DNA from: a virus
Lineage: Duplodnaviria > Caudoviricetes
Strand: one strand, 5' to 3'
Virus record (IMG/VR): IMGVR_UViG_3300024423_000004
Location: 1 to 51,760 of that record
DNA: 51,760 nucleotides
The notes below the pieces were generated by a model. The model saw only the letters and a program-made list of their open reading frames with translations, was not told where the DNA came from and made no database searches. Numbering within the stretch: the stretch's first letter is position 1; each line of letters opens with the position of its first letter. Of the stretch, positions 19,564 through 30,014 are shown one piece after another. The position numbers were made by a program, and so were the translations under genes.

Positions 19564-20391
19564 ATGATAAAACGGTTGCCAGTACTTTTGAAACTGAATG
19601 AGGCGGTTTTTAAAGAAATTGAATTAAAAAAACCATCGGGGAGAGTAATCTCTGATACACAAGAAGAGGTCCAGCGGACTAACTTTCTTATAGCAAATAG
19701 AAATTTTATTGCCGGTTGTACAATGCGCATAACTGGAGAAGAAAAAGAAATTGTCGACATGGTGGCAATAAAAAGTGCATTAGGGAAAATGAGTAATAAG
19801 ACTATCGATTATCTATCACAAGAAATTATGGTTGATTATTTTGATGATGAAGATCTTGTTGAAGGTGTTTATCCATGTCCGAGATGTGGCGAAAAGATTA
19901 TTAACGAAATAACAAAAAATGATGGGATTGTAATTGATACAAGAGATAGTATCAAAAGTCTACAAGTCAATTTTATGGACGATGTAAATGAGCTTGAATT
20001 TGATATCGAGATGACTAAACCAGTTACAATTATTTCTGCACAAAATGAAGAACAAGTGCAAAATATAACAATGACATACCCAACAATAGAACATTATGTA
20101 AAAGCTCATGCAATTGTTAGTGACAAAAACTTAACAAAACTACAATATCATGCTTTTGCAAATGCAATCATTAAAGTTAATGGAGTTGATGTTGATGATT
20201 CTTGGCGTAGGACTTTTGGTGTTCAATTGTTTAACAACACAACAGAAGTAAAAAAAGATATTGGAAGAATTAAAGAGATAATAAATAAGTATGGAGTTGA
20301 TGCAAGATTAGACAAAACTTGTTTAGGATGTGGGAAGGTCTGGCGACCTTTTATCAATACCTCAAATTTTTTCGATTTCGCTCTCCAGTAA
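19564..20391 (+). CDS. Tail assembly chaperone / T4 gp26-like protein
   Basis: Between tube and tape measure; CPRCG and CLGCG zinc pairs; ends with N..NFF. Confidence 0.65.
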   Translation: MIKRLPVLLKLNEAVFKEIELKKPSGRVISDTQEEVQRTNFLIANRNFIAGCTMRITGEEKEIVDMVAIKSALGKMSNKTIDYLSQEIMVDYFDDEDLVEGVYPCPRCGEKIINEITKNDGIVIDTRDSIKSLQVNFMDDVNELEFDIEMTKPVTIISAQNEEQVQNITMTYPTIEHYVKAHAIVSDKNLTKLQYHAFANAIIKVNGVDVDDSWRRTFGVQLFNNTTEVKKDIGRIKEIINKYGVDARLDKTCLGCGKVWRPFINTSNFFDFALQ

Positions 20392-20630
20392 ACGTTTTTG
20401 ATGGTTATATTGGAGGGCGAAGTCACGAGGTAACTTGGTTACTGGAAGCCATTAAGTTTATAGATTTTACAAAAGAGAATTTTATTAAAGAAAGTTTTTT
20501 GATTATGTATTACACAAAAGGCGGTATTAACAAAAAAGAATTGGATGGTATGCCTTTTGACGAATATGAAATCTGGTTAAAAGAAGCGATAATAGTACAA
20601 GAAAATTTGACTGAAAAGGAAAAAAAGTAG
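20367..20630 (+). CDS. Probable -1 frameshift extension of the tail assembly chaperone
   Basis: In-frame slippery heptamer T TTT TTC at 20367-20373; the -1 frame stays open to 20630. Confidence 0.6.
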   Translation, partial: FFRFRSPVNVFDGYIGGRSHEVTWLLEAIKFIDFTKENFIKESFLIMYYTKGGINKKELDGMPFDEYEIWLKEAIIVQENLTEKEKK

Positions 20631-20641
20631 AGGAGGCCAAC

Positions 20642-22042
20642 ATGGAAGATTTAACATTAACTCTCAATCCAGCGATGTTTATGAAAGGTCTTGATACTAT
20701 TGGTAATGGTATTGGAAAATTAAATCAAAATTTTAGTCAAATGGGAAAAACCGGCGATCAGAAAATCCAAAAAATTGGAATGTCTGCAATGAGCCTAGTC
20801 AAAACTCTTGCGCCTATTGCTATCGCTGGTGGTGCTATAAGAAAAGCCTTTAGTCAAATCCCTGAACTAGGCAGAGCTTTTTCTATTGCTGGGGATATCT
20901 TTTCAAGAAACTTACTCTGGCCTTTACGGAAAGAACTAATGCCGATGCTACAATCCATGTTAAGTTGGGTAAGAGATAATAGAGCAATGTTTTTACGATG
21001 GGGTAACGTTTTAGCTAATATATTTAGAACGGTTGTCTCTCTTGTTAAGAGTGTATTTAGTTTATTAAAAAGATTATGGGATCGTATAACTTCCGGAATA
21101 GAAAGGGTTTTCGGGAAGACCGTTCGGTCTATGTCGGATTTAGTTAATATTGCATTATTTAAATTAGCAGCGATTGGCCAATTTATAATGGCAATGCTAG
21201 AACCAGTATTTGATTTTATTGCTGATTTATTCGTGAGTGCACTTGAAAATGTAAAAGCGTTTATTGGTGGATTCATGGATGGACTAGGTGAATTATCACC
21301 TGAATTAAATGATATGTGGGAATCTTTAAAACGTATTGGAGAGTCTTTAGGATTATTGGGAGACAAAGTGGGAAGTTTGAGGGGATTATTTAGCGCATTA
21401 GGCAGTACAATCGGCACATTAGTGGGGGGAGTTTTACGTGCGGTAAAAGTTGCAATTGATGGGATCGCAACTGCAATCGAAGGATTACAAACAAGATTTG
21501 CACAGTTCAAGGCTTGGAGAGCTGGAGACATGAAAGAAGTTGTTCGATTAGAACGTGAAGGTGTTATTAAAAGTCAAAAATTTCTTAAAAGAACAGCCGA
21601 GACTGGTAAACGTCAATGGGAATCAATAAAAGGCACAGGTGCAGCATATAAAGAATTATTTGTTGGAGACAGAGAAGAAGAAAAAAAACAACCGCAAGTT
21701 TTAAGAAATAATGTTGTAAAGAATACAAAAAATGTTAATCAAATTGACAATAGAAAGAATACACCACTTAAAAATAATATTACTAATGTGACTAACAATC
21801 AGAACAGAAATAATGTTACTAATGTTACTAAAAACCAGAATAGGAAAAATGTTACAAATATTACGAAAGGTTCTATAAAAAGAACTAACAATGTGACACA
21901 CAATAAGGCAGAAACAAAAGTAAATGCTCCAATAACAATAAATATAAATGAAAGTAACGCGCCTAAAGATATAGCTAAGGCCGTTAAAAGTCATTTAAGA
22001 GATTCTTTGCAAGAAGCACGTTTTAGAAGTGGAGGCAAATAA
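20642..22042 (+). CDS. Tape measure protein (short, 466 aa)
   Basis: Amphipathic helical periodicity; position; GAGGAGG RBS. Confidence 0.8.
   Translation: MEDLTLTLNPAMFMKGLDTIGNGIGKLNQNFSQMGKTGDQKIQKIGMSAMSLVKTLAPIAIAGGAIRKAFSQIPELGRAFSIAGDIFSRNLLWPLRKELMPMLQSMLSWVRDNRAMFLRWGNVLANIFRTVVSLVKSVFSLLKRLWDRITSGIERVFGKTVRSMSDLVNIALFKLAAIGQFIMAMLEPVFDFIADLFVSALENVKAFIGGFMDGLGELSPELNDMWESLKRIGESLGLLGDKVGSLRGLFSALGSTIGTLVGGVLRAVKVAIDGIATAIEGLQTRFAQFKAWRAGDMKEVVRLEREGVIKSQKFLKRTAETGKRQWESIKGTGAAYKELFVGDREEEKKQPQVLRNNVVKNTKNVNQIDNRKNTPLKNNITNVTNNQNRNNVTNVTKNQNRKNVTNITKGSIKRTNNVTHNKAETKVNAPITININESNAPKDIAKAVKSHLRDSLQEARFRSGGK
21773..21868 (+). repeat. Degenerate 36-bp tandem repeat (about 2.7 copies) in the tape measure gene
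   Basis: Encodes NNITNVTNNQNR / NNVTNVTKNQNR / KNVTNITK. Confidence 0.75.
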
Positions 22043-22629
22043 TGAATTTTAATATACCTAAGTTTGCTTATAACATGCCGTGGTTCATTTTTGATATTGA
22101 TAATAAACAGTTAATTACTAGTGTTACAATTCCAGGAAATATTAAGGATTCAAAGGATATTGTTTTAGCAGAAACTCCAATCCCAGGTCAAAATTTCCAG
22201 CCTATCACATACGGAGGTGGCGGGAATAGAAAAATATCTTTTTCATTGCCGATTATTAAACGCAACAATACAGTTGGGGATGTTTTATTATTAAAACAAT
22301 TTGATAATTTGCGTAATAGGGCGGTTGGCCTAACAAATATATTTTCCAACCAATTCACCCCAAACCCTAAAGTTTTATATTATTGGGGTTCAGGGTCCAT
22401 CCCCCTCATATATTGGGTAAAGAAATGTGATTTTACACATACGGAAGGATGGACTAATCAAATGGGGCAACCACAACATACAGTTATAGAAATGGAATTG
22501 TGGTTAGACGAAACAAGTATATTATATAAAGCAGAAGAAGTTTTCAGAAAGCTTGCAAGTCTTACAGGGATGGTAACGAATGCATATGATATTATACAAA
22601 GTCAGAGAATTGGTCAAAAAGCTTATTAG
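22042..22629 (+). CDS. Tail tube initiator-like baseplate protein
   Basis: IPG..FQPI.YGGGG.RKISF and P.P.VL..WG motifs; follows the tape measure. Confidence 0.65.
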   Translation: MNFNIPKFAYNMPWFIFDIDNKQLITSVTIPGNIKDSKDIVLAETPIPGQNFQPITYGGGGNRKISFSLPIIKRNNTVGDVLLLKQFDNLRNRAVGLTNIFSNQFTPNPKVLYYWGSGSIPLIYWVKKCDFTHTEGWTNQMGQPQHTVIEMELWLDETSILYKAEEVFRKLASLTGMVTNAYDIIQSQRIGQKAY

Positions 22630-22639
22630 GAGTTAATCA

Positions 22640-22912
22640 ATGAGATATGAAGCAATAGATTCTATAATTTTTACAGATATAAACGGAATAGCAACAACTA
22701 TTAAGGACATGAGAGAATATCCAGATTATCAAACTTTTGTAAAAATTAATTTAAAAAATGGTGATGAAATAGATGAAATTGCATCAAGACAAGATATTTA
22801 TGGCAATGAAGGAGAGGGGGAGAGTTTTAAAATTGTAGACAATAATATTATTAAATTATTTGAAGCGGATTTTAATTTAGAAGAATTAAATAAATTGGAT
22901 ATTCCATTATGA
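22640..22912 (+). CDS. LysM-like / P2 gpX-like tail protein
   Basis: GDEIDEIA...YG...FKIVDNN...LDIP pattern. Confidence 0.6.
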   Translation: MRYEAIDSIIFTDINGIATTIKDMREYPDYQTFVKINLKNGDEIDEIASRQDIYGNEGEGESFKIVDNNIIKLFEADFNLEELNKLDIPL

Positions 22913-24156
22913 TTGCCGGATTATATAATCAAGATAGTTCTTTTTTTGAAATTGACAGTCCAGATATTAAAGCTGGTCGTGTTTTGACAGAGGATATTAT
23001 GTCCTTTACGTATGAAGAAGAACTTTATAAATATAATACTGGGTCAATACAAGTCAATGATCCCGACAATTATTATTCAAAAGTTTTGCGGGTTGGTGCA
23101 AAACTAAATATTCGTTTTGGATATATGGATAGTGATTTGTCTACAAATGCCTTGTTAATGCAAAAAGAAAATCCAACACAAGTAATTGGTAGTAGTGTTA
23201 GAGAGGGAATTACAGCCTATATTCAAAACCCTACTGGCAGCGCAAGCGCAAATGGTACTGTTTCATTCACATGTAATTTTTATGGCAAAGAATGGTTGGC
23301 CAAAAAGGAACATCGTATTCATACAGGAATTACTAAGGGAGCTTTAATTGGTCAATTATTGTTAGAACTTGGTTGTGTAACCACTATGGTAAACTTTACA
23401 CGTCAAACTGAATTATTAGATCAAGATACGCAAATTTTACAGAGGGAAACTAATTATAGATTTTTATTAAAAATGGCTTATGAATGGAGGGCAGTTTTTA
23501 GAATTAGTACAGATGGTGCTGGAAATTTAAGTGCAGTTTTTATTTCTCCCTCACAAATTGGATCGGTACAGTTGCCATTTTTATTAAGTGGTGCACTTGG
23601 TGGGGATTCCATGTATTTAGAATGGAAAGAAGGTGTTGCAAATGTAATTGAATATAAATGGAAAAACCATCAAGGACAAAATGGAACTGGAGATAACGCC
23701 CGTCTTGTTATGGGGGCAGATGGTAAAATGACAACTATCAGATATGTTACAAAAGGCGATAAAGTGCAAGCATATACTTTGCGACCAGAACGGATTAGAG
23801 AGAGACTAGACAAGACGGACAGTTTTAGCGAAAAGTTTAAGCAAATGCAAGACTGGTTGAACGTGGCGGACTTCGAGGAAGTGGCGTGGGCTTTTGATCC
23901 TATAGAAATAAAAACAGCCCCGCAAGGTTTAGGCTATAGTATGAACGCAAAAATATTAGGCAATCCATTATTAAGTGCTCCATTAAAAGTATTTTTTGGC
24001 AAAGGTTTCCCTACATGGTTTACTCCAAAAAGTTCGGCAACTCATGTTTCAAATTTCTATGCAAGAAAAGTAACGCACAACATAGATCAAAACGGATATA
24101 AAATTGACTTGGACATCATGGATTCGTTTTCGTTAACAGGAGGCTCGCTGATATGA
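22909..24156 (+). CDS. Baseplate hub (P2 gpD / Mu gp44-like)
   Basis: IRFGY, Q.ETNYRFL..MA, LGNP.L and VTHNI..GY motifs. Confidence 0.78.
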   Translation: MIAGLYNQDSSFFEIDSPDIKAGRVLTEDIMSFTYEEELYKYNTGSIQVNDPDNYYSKVLRVGAKLNIRFGYMDSDLSTNALLMQKENPTQVIGSSVREGITAYIQNPTGSASANGTVSFTCNFYGKEWLAKKEHRIHTGITKGALIGQLLLELGCVTTMVNFTRQTELLDQDTQILQRETNYRFLLKMAYEWRAVFRISTDGAGNLSAVFISPSQIGSVQLPFLLSGALGGDSMYLEWKEGVANVIEYKWKNHQGQNGTGDNARLVMGADGKMTTIRYVTKGDKVQAYTLRPERIRERLDKTDSFSEKFKQMQDWLNVADFEEVAWAFDPIEIKTAPQGLGYSMNAKILGNPLLSAPLKVFFGKGFPTWFTPKSSATHVSNFYARKVTHNIDQNGYKIDLDIMDSFSLTGGSLI

Positions 24157-24812
24157 GCAGTCCAATAAATGATGACATATACGGAATGATTAAAGAAATT
24201 ATTCAAGATGAAACAATCTTCATGCGACACTATATTGGAAAGGTTGTTGAAAATGAAGATATTCTTAAAAAGGGAAGAGTAAAGATTACAATACCAGAGC
24301 TTGGAATGGACACCCCAGATTTAGCTTTGTGGTGTAACGCAAGACAAGGCAATGGAATATCTATTCCTGCAATTGGAAGTTATGCAGAAATATATTTTAT
24401 AAATGGAGAAAGGGAAAAGCCAGTTTATTTGTTTCCAGCAAGTGAAATTATTGAGAATATTCCTAAAAATTATACCGGAATAGTAACTGAACATGTTTTG
24501 TTTGAAGATCCTGAAAATAAAGATCAAGTTATTAAATATGATTCAGCCACAAAGTTGTTGCAATTATTTAGCGATCCCGATAATATTAAAATAGACGGTC
24601 AAAATGGGACAGTAATGATATTAAATGGTACGGAGTCTTATGTTTTGGGAGACGCTTTTTTAACTTGGTTAAATAATTTTATAACAACGGTGTTTAACGC
24701 TCATACGCATTTATATAATCCAGGTCCAGGTGGTCCGATACCAACAGCAGCACCGTTGCCTGTAGGAGTACAGCCTACAAATATATTAAGTACTGTTATA
24801 AAGGGGAAGTGA
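24153..24812 (+). CDS. Baseplate spike (gpV / gp5 OB-fold)
   Basis: GKVV.NED..KKGRVKI.IP, P.IG...F.NG..EKPV and metal-binding FNAHTH tip motif. Confidence 0.85.
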   Translation: MSSPINDDIYGMIKEIIQDETIFMRHYIGKVVENEDILKKGRVKITIPELGMDTPDLALWCNARQGNGISIPAIGSYAEIYFINGEREKPVYLFPASEIIENIPKNYTGIVTEHVLFEDPENKDQVIKYDSATKLLQLFSDPDNIKIDGQNGTVMILNGTESYVLGDAFLTWLNNFITTVFNAHTHLYNPGPGGPIPTAAPLPVGVQPTNILSTVIKGK

Positions 24813-24813
24813 A

Positions 24814-25218
24814 ATGGCAGATGCAATAAAAAATATAGCTGATTTTAATTTAGGATTTTTCTATTATGGAAAAAATAGCCTAGATGATGAAAGCAGATTT
24901 GATTTATTTCAATTATTATTACAACCTAAAAGATCATTATTTTATGATAGGCGAGAATCTGCCGGAATAAGTGATTATGAGAATAGACCAAACACAATTG
25001 AATTACAAGTTTTAGGGCGCTTTGAGATTGCTAATGCAGTTGCATATAGAAACTCTTTAGTTACAAATGGGGCAGACAATACAATAGATCGCCGTATAGC
25101 AGTTAGTCAAAATAGTATTGGATTTTCTGCTAGGGGAGAAGAGTTAGACGTTAATGTTTTATATTTCTTATATGGGGATTATGAAACTCCCCGAAATAAT
25201 ATTTTTACACTAGGATAG
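24814..25218 (+). CDS. Probable baseplate wedge protein (gp25/gpW-like)
   Basis: Size and position between spike and J protein. Confidence 0.55.
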   Translation: MADAIKNIADFNLGFFYYGKNSLDDESRFDLFQLLLQPKRSLFYDRRESAGISDYENRPNTIELQVLGRFEIANAVAYRNSLVTNGADNTIDRRIAVSQNSIGFSARGEELDVNVLYFLYGDYETPRNNIFTLG

Positions 25219-25230
25219 AGAGAGGGAAAA

Positions 25231-26988
25231 ATGAGCAATCCAATTTCATATACAAGTAGAACATATAATACTATACTAAATGACATTAACACCGATGTAG
25301 AGCTTGCTGATAAACCGAACTGGTTTAAAAGACTTATTGCAGGATTGGGCGATGTGTTAAGCATGTATGAAAATGCAATTGCCAATCAATCATTCTTAAG
25401 AACGGCTTTCACTCGACAAAGTGTAGCCGATTTATGCGCATTGTTAGATTACTATTTAGCCGGACAAACTACATCAAACGGGACATTATTATTTTATTTA
25501 AATCCTGATACGGTGGCTTTTCCTAAAACAATATTGTTAGCAGACCTTGCAGCACGATCTGAAGGCACAACTGATATTTCATCAAAGAAGTTTGAGGCCA
25601 GAAGTCAAGTTATTGCTGCTTCTACAAGTGAAACTTTTACAACAAATTTTGCAGCTGACAATAATTTAGATGTTGCCCGTGTATATATGACAGGTGAAAA
25701 AGTAAGAGTTTCAACAACTGGAACTTTGCCCGATCCTCTCCAAACGGGGACAGATTATTATGTAATTAAAATTTCTGATACTGAAATAAGATTAGCGAAT
25801 AATATAGTAAATGCCTATAATGGGGCTGAAATTACTTTGACGGATGATGGTTCAGGCACTCATACAATTAGCTTATATAGTGTGCAAGTGACAGCATATC
25901 AACAAGAAACAAGAGACACCGCAGCGTTGGGAGAAAGTGATGGATCAACTGCATGGCAGAAATTTGATTTAAATGATTTAAGTGTTTTAAAAGAAACATT
26001 ATCAATCACGATAAATAGTGTACCGTGGACACGAATGGATACGCTGGTGGATTCAACTTCAATTGATACCCATTATTTATTAAGAAATAATACTTTAGAT
26101 AATTCAGCCAAAATAATGTTTGGCGATGGGACGTATGGAGAAATTCCAGGCAACTTTGAAATTGAAGCTGATTTTGCAGTGGGTGGCGGATTAGATGCAA
26201 ATGTATCTATATTAAATCGTATCAATGTTTATGCCGGCTCGGATTCTGATGTAGTTGGTGTTTCAAATGCAACTACATTCACAGGAGCATCTAACGTTGA
26301 AGATTTAGACACAGCTAAAGAATTAGCACCATTGTTATTAAAAGCCAGAGATAGATTTGTAACAAGTGCAGATGGCGAAGCGTTAGCACTAGCATATGGT
26401 GGTATTTCAAAAGTGACAGTTATAAAAAATGCTTATGGAGTATTAAGTGCAAAAGTACCAATAGTACCGACAGGCGGGGGCACTCCTGGGGCTACTTTAA
26501 AAAGTAACTTACAAACGTATTTAATTGATAGGACTATATTAGAGAGTATTGATGTCCGAGTAGTTGATCCCACATTCATAACCGTTACGATAGTTGCAAC
26601 TGTTAAGGTTTTATCTGGATATACTTTTGCCGGTATAAAGCCATATATAATGTTAGCTTTAAGACTATTGGTATATGAGTCAGCAAGCGAGATTGTTTCT
26701 GATTATCAACAAAATGGCATTGCTAGTGCAATTGCAATAATAAATGCAAAATGGAGTACATCTTTTAATGATTCTGATTATACTCAAATAATTAAACTGC
26801 TTGAAAATGTAGCAACCACAGACTTTGACAAAGATTTTCAAGAATCGGACATTTTGGGATTTATAGATGTGTTTGTTGACGGTGTAGACTATATGATTAT
26901 ATCTTCTCCAGCTTTTCCAATCACATGCGCAGATGATGAAATAACAACTGATAATATTTTGACTGGGAATATTACTGAGATTCCATAG
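25231..26988 (+). CDS. Baseplate J-like wedge protein
   Basis: YTSR.Y, NQSFL.TA..RQSV, FGDG.YG.IP, GGG..AN and RFVT..D motifs. Confidence 0.85.
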   Translation: MSNPISYTSRTYNTILNDINTDVELADKPNWFKRLIAGLGDVLSMYENAIANQSFLRTAFTRQSVADLCALLDYYLAGQTTSNGTLLFYLNPDTVAFPKTILLADLAARSEGTTDISSKKFEARSQVIAASTSETFTTNFAADNNLDVARVYMTGEKVRVSTTGTLPDPLQTGTDYYVIKISDTEIRLANNIVNAYNGAEITLTDDGSGTHTISLYSVQVTAYQQETRDTAALGESDGSTAWQKFDLNDLSVLKETLSITINSVPWTRMDTLVDSTSIDTHYLLRNNTLDNSAKIMFGDGTYGEIPGNFEIEADFAVGGGLDANVSILNRINVYAGSDSDVVGVSNATTFTGASNVEDLDTAKELAPLLLKARDRFVTSADGEALALAYGGISKVTVIKNAYGVLSAKVPIVPTGGGTPGATLKSNLQTYLIDRTILESIDVRVVDPTFITVTIVATVKVLSGYTFAGIKPYIMLALRLLVYESASEIVSDYQQNGIASAIAIINAKWSTSFNDSDYTQIIKLLENVATTDFDKDFQESDILGFIDVFVDGVDYMIISSPAFPITCADDEITTDNILTGNITEIP

Positions 26989-27000
26989 AGAGGTTAGAGA

Positions 27001-27651
27001 ATGTTACCATATCCTGTAAGCGATCACGTGCCTAAAATTTTAAGGGATGTCTTGTCTTCAAGTCCAGATGGTCAGGCACTTGTTGACAAATTAGATGAAT
27101 ATATACTTGAGTGGTCTGATGAAATTCTTGAGATGCAATATTTTAAATTGCCTGAACGATGTCCAGCAAAGCTATTAAATGAATTGGGATACATGGTTGG
27201 TGCAAATATTTTGTCTGATGATTCTGAACGAACTAAAAGAATTAAAATTTATTCTGCTATTGCTGGACATAAGTTAAGAGGATCATGGACACAAGACGCA
27301 AAGAAAAAAATTGATGCAATCGCACTCGGAGACAGTCAAATCTTTTCACCAACAACAACGGCAGATTGGGTATTGTTAGGGGGAGAATCATCCGAACCTG
27401 ACAATTATTGGAGCTCGATGGGTGTTGACGGAATAGATGATTTGCTTGGAATTGATTTATTAGGTGGATTTGATGAAGCCACAGAGCCAGGAAATATTTA
27501 TATAGATGTAGATAATGATTCTTTAACAGCAGCAGAAGTTGATAAATTAGTATTGGAACTTGAAGAAGATGTAGTACCTTCATATTTCAGGGTGGTTCTG
27601 GGCTACCTTGATGGTGGTGGTAATTTTATTGAATATGTTACAATGGATTAA
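27001..27651 (+). CDS. Baseplate gpI-like protein
   Basis: PERCP..LLNELG...KR...HKLRGS motif; follows J. Confidence 0.7.
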   Translation: MLPYPVSDHVPKILRDVLSSSPDGQALVDKLDEYILEWSDEILEMQYFKLPERCPAKLLNELGYMVGANILSDDSERTKRIKIYSAIAGHKLRGSWTQDAKKKIDAIALGDSQIFSPTTTADWVLLGGESSEPDNYWSSMGVDGIDDLLGIDLLGGFDEATEPGNIYIDVDNDSLTAAEVDKLVLELEEDVVPSYFRVVLGYLDGGGNFIEYVTMD

Positions 27652-27665
27652 AAAGGAGAAAGAAC

Positions 27666-29711
27666 ATGGCAATTTTGAAGCATCATAATTGGAAATACGA
27701 TGGCGGCTCGCCTGATATTCCTTTAGCAGTAGGCGATAAACTTTACAGTCAGGATATTGGTAGGGACTTTAACTATTTACTTGATCGGGCCGGTTTAACA
27801 TTAAGAGACATGCTGGGAAGTTTTCCTGCATATTTGTCTGGCGGAGTTGTAACAAAAGGCGCAGGCGACACTTTAGATATAACAGCCGGTAAAGGTTATG
27901 CAGAATTTGAGGTTGACTTGCCAGATGACTTCGATGTAGTTACGCCACCAACCGTAATACAACAAGACATGGACGCCATAAGAATTGAGTGGACACAACA
28001 GACAAACATGGCAATCCCTAGCGCAACATTGGACGGTGGTACTGTCAATTATGTCAAAGTAGCCTTTAACGATGCAGACTTGAACGACCGGACACGCAAG
28101 AAAAAAGCAGGAACTTACTATTACGAACTTACGCCATCTTTTACAATCACAGTTGATTCTACACCTAATACAGACAAAGAAGTATTGCTTGCTACTTTTA
28201 CAGGGACAGGTGGCGGTGCTTTTACTATAACGGATATTGATCCATTACTTGATATAATTCCATTAAAAGGCCCAATAGGAATTGGAATTACTACTCCTCA
28301 ACAAAACATACATGTACATCAATCTGATAGTTCTGGTAATAGAATACAGTTTACTAATTCAACAACTGGAACAACTACAGCTGATGGATGTTTAGTTGGA
28401 ATTAGTGATGATGAACATGCTTTTATTTGGAATTATGAAAATACAAACTTATTATTTGCAACTAATAATGATACGAAAATGACAATTTTACCTAATGGAA
28501 GTGTTGGAATTGGTACAAGTGCTCCACAATCTCTTGTACATGTCAATCGTTCTGATTCTAGTGGGCTTGCTATTCAATTTACAAATAATGATTCAGGTGT
28601 AACGAATACCGATGGGACTGTTGTAGGAATGGATTCCTCCGAAAGAACTGTTATAAGAAATTATGAAAATACAGATATGTTATTTTACACTAACAATCAA
28701 ACAAGAATGACTATTTTAGCTGACGGCAAAGTTGGGATGGGAACAAGTTCACCGGATAACGAATTGCATGTCCATAAGTCTACAGCTGCTTTTACTGGGT
28801 TTCGATTGTCAAATTCATTTACCGGAGAAACTGGTGGACTTCTTATAGGAGAAGGTGCAACTGGAGCAGCTATTATTAATAATATAGCAAATGTTCAAAT
28901 GGAATTTAAAACAAATAACACGGAAAGATTTAGAATAACAAATGATGGCAGATTGTCAACAGGTATTGAATCTGCCCCTGATGTTGATCCTGGTGGATTA
29001 TGTCTGCGAGGGAATGGTGGTACAAAACTAACATTTAAAAGTGCAAATGTTGCACATGGAATAACAGGTTATGCCGAAACCGATACTTATTTTTCCTCAA
29101 TTATGTATAATACTGTATTTGGAGGAGTTATTCAACAAGGATTCTCCGAGGGCCTTCCAGCTTATACAATAGAAGCTTATTCAACGGGTGCTAGTACAGA
29201 TACAAATACTTCTGCATTTGGAACATTGCTATTAAGATCTCAAAAAAAATCGGGAACAGGTGCAACCTCTTTAGCGAATACAGAAAATTTACTTGTGCTT
29301 AAGAATTATTTAACTACACGGTATATTTTTAAAGGTGATGGTACAGCCTATGCAGATGTTTCTTGGACTACATTTTCAGATGTAAGATTAAAAACTGATA
29401 TTAAAGAGATTGAATATGGTCTTAATGAAATTATGCAATTAAAGCCTAAAAAATATATTCGTTTTTCTGGTGGATTAAAAGATGGTAAAGTGAAAAAAGA
29501 AAATAATGACCGACATGATATTGGATTTATTGCACAAGAGATGTATGAGATAATGCCAGAAGTAACCTGCCCTCCAAAAAATGACAAGGAAAGCTTTTGG
29601 GGTATAACAGAGACAAAATTAATAGCTCCGATGGTTAAAGCAATACAAGAGTTGAAAAATGAACTTGACGATTTAAAAAAAGATATTACAAAAATAGCAG
29701 TTAAAACATAA
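27666..29711 (+). CDS. Tail fibre with C-terminal peptidase S74 intramolecular chaperone
   Basis: Repeated VGIGT..P...LHV shaft units; SDVRLKTDI...GFIAQEM..PE...KAIQEL chaperone motif. Confidence 0.88.
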   Translation: MAILKHHNWKYDGGSPDIPLAVGDKLYSQDIGRDFNYLLDRAGLTLRDMLGSFPAYLSGGVVTKGAGDTLDITAGKGYAEFEVDLPDDFDVVTPPTVIQQDMDAIRIEWTQQTNMAIPSATLDGGTVNYVKVAFNDADLNDRTRKKKAGTYYYELTPSFTITVDSTPNTDKEVLLATFTGTGGGAFTITDIDPLLDIIPLKGPIGIGITTPQQNIHVHQSDSSGNRIQFTNSTTGTTTADGCLVGISDDEHAFIWNYENTNLLFATNNDTKMTILPNGSVGIGTSAPQSLVHVNRSDSSGLAIQFTNNDSGVTNTDGTVVGMDSSERTVIRNYENTDMLFYTNNQTRMTILADGKVGMGTSSPDNELHVHKSTAAFTGFRLSNSFTGETGGLLIGEGATGAAIINNIANVQMEFKTNNTERFRITNDGRLSTGIESAPDVDPGGLCLRGNGGTKLTFKSANVAHGITGYAETDTYFSSIMYNTVFGGVIQQGFSEGLPAYTIEAYSTGASTDTNTSAFGTLLLRSQKKSGTGATSLANTENLLVLKNYLTTRYIFKGDGTAYADVSWTTFSDVRLKTDIKEIEYGLNEIMQLKPKKYIRFSGGLKDGKVKKENNDRHDIGFIAQEMYEIMPEVTCPPKNDKESFWGITETKLIAPMVKAIQELKNELDDLKKDITKIAVKT

Positions 29712-29733
29712 TAAAATATACGAGGTATTTGAT

Positions 29734-29928
29734 ATGGAAAAACAAGTAGACAGAAAATTCATAATTTCAGAACAGATTATATCTGCAATTATGAACGGAT
29801 TCGAGACAGGAGTTTTCAAAGGTAACTATGTAGATGTAAAGCAATTACAGGCAGCCTTACAAAATGACCTTAAAGAATACAAAAAAGAAGAAACTGAAGT
29901 TAAAGAAAAAATAACGGAGGATGAGTGA
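29734..29928 (+). CDS. Hypothetical protein
   Basis: GAGGT RBS; last gene of the late operon. Confidence 0.6.
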   Translation: MEKQVDRKFIISEQIISAIMNGFETGVFKGNYVDVKQLQAALQNDLKEYKKEETEVKEKITEDE

Positions 29929-29989
29929 AGTTTTTTATAATGGAAAAATGATTAAACGAAAAACTCACTATAGACTATGCTGAAAATTT

Positions 29990-30013
29990 AGCCGGATATT
30001 AATCCGGCTTTTT
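29990..30013 (+). terminator. Intrinsic terminator ending the late operon
   Basis: AGCCGGAT-ATTA-ATCCGGCT followed by a T-run, between convergent genes. Confidence 0.85.
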
Positions 30014-30014
30014 A

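Noticed and set aside
20854-21531. 225-aa antisense ORF
   Set aside because: Lies wholly opposite the tape measure gene with no motif; best explained as a codon-bias shadow, like the other short antisense ORFs in the track.
27666-29990. Diversity-generating retroelement or invertible fibre cassette
   Set aside because: No reverse transcriptase, invertase or template/variable repeat pair was seen.
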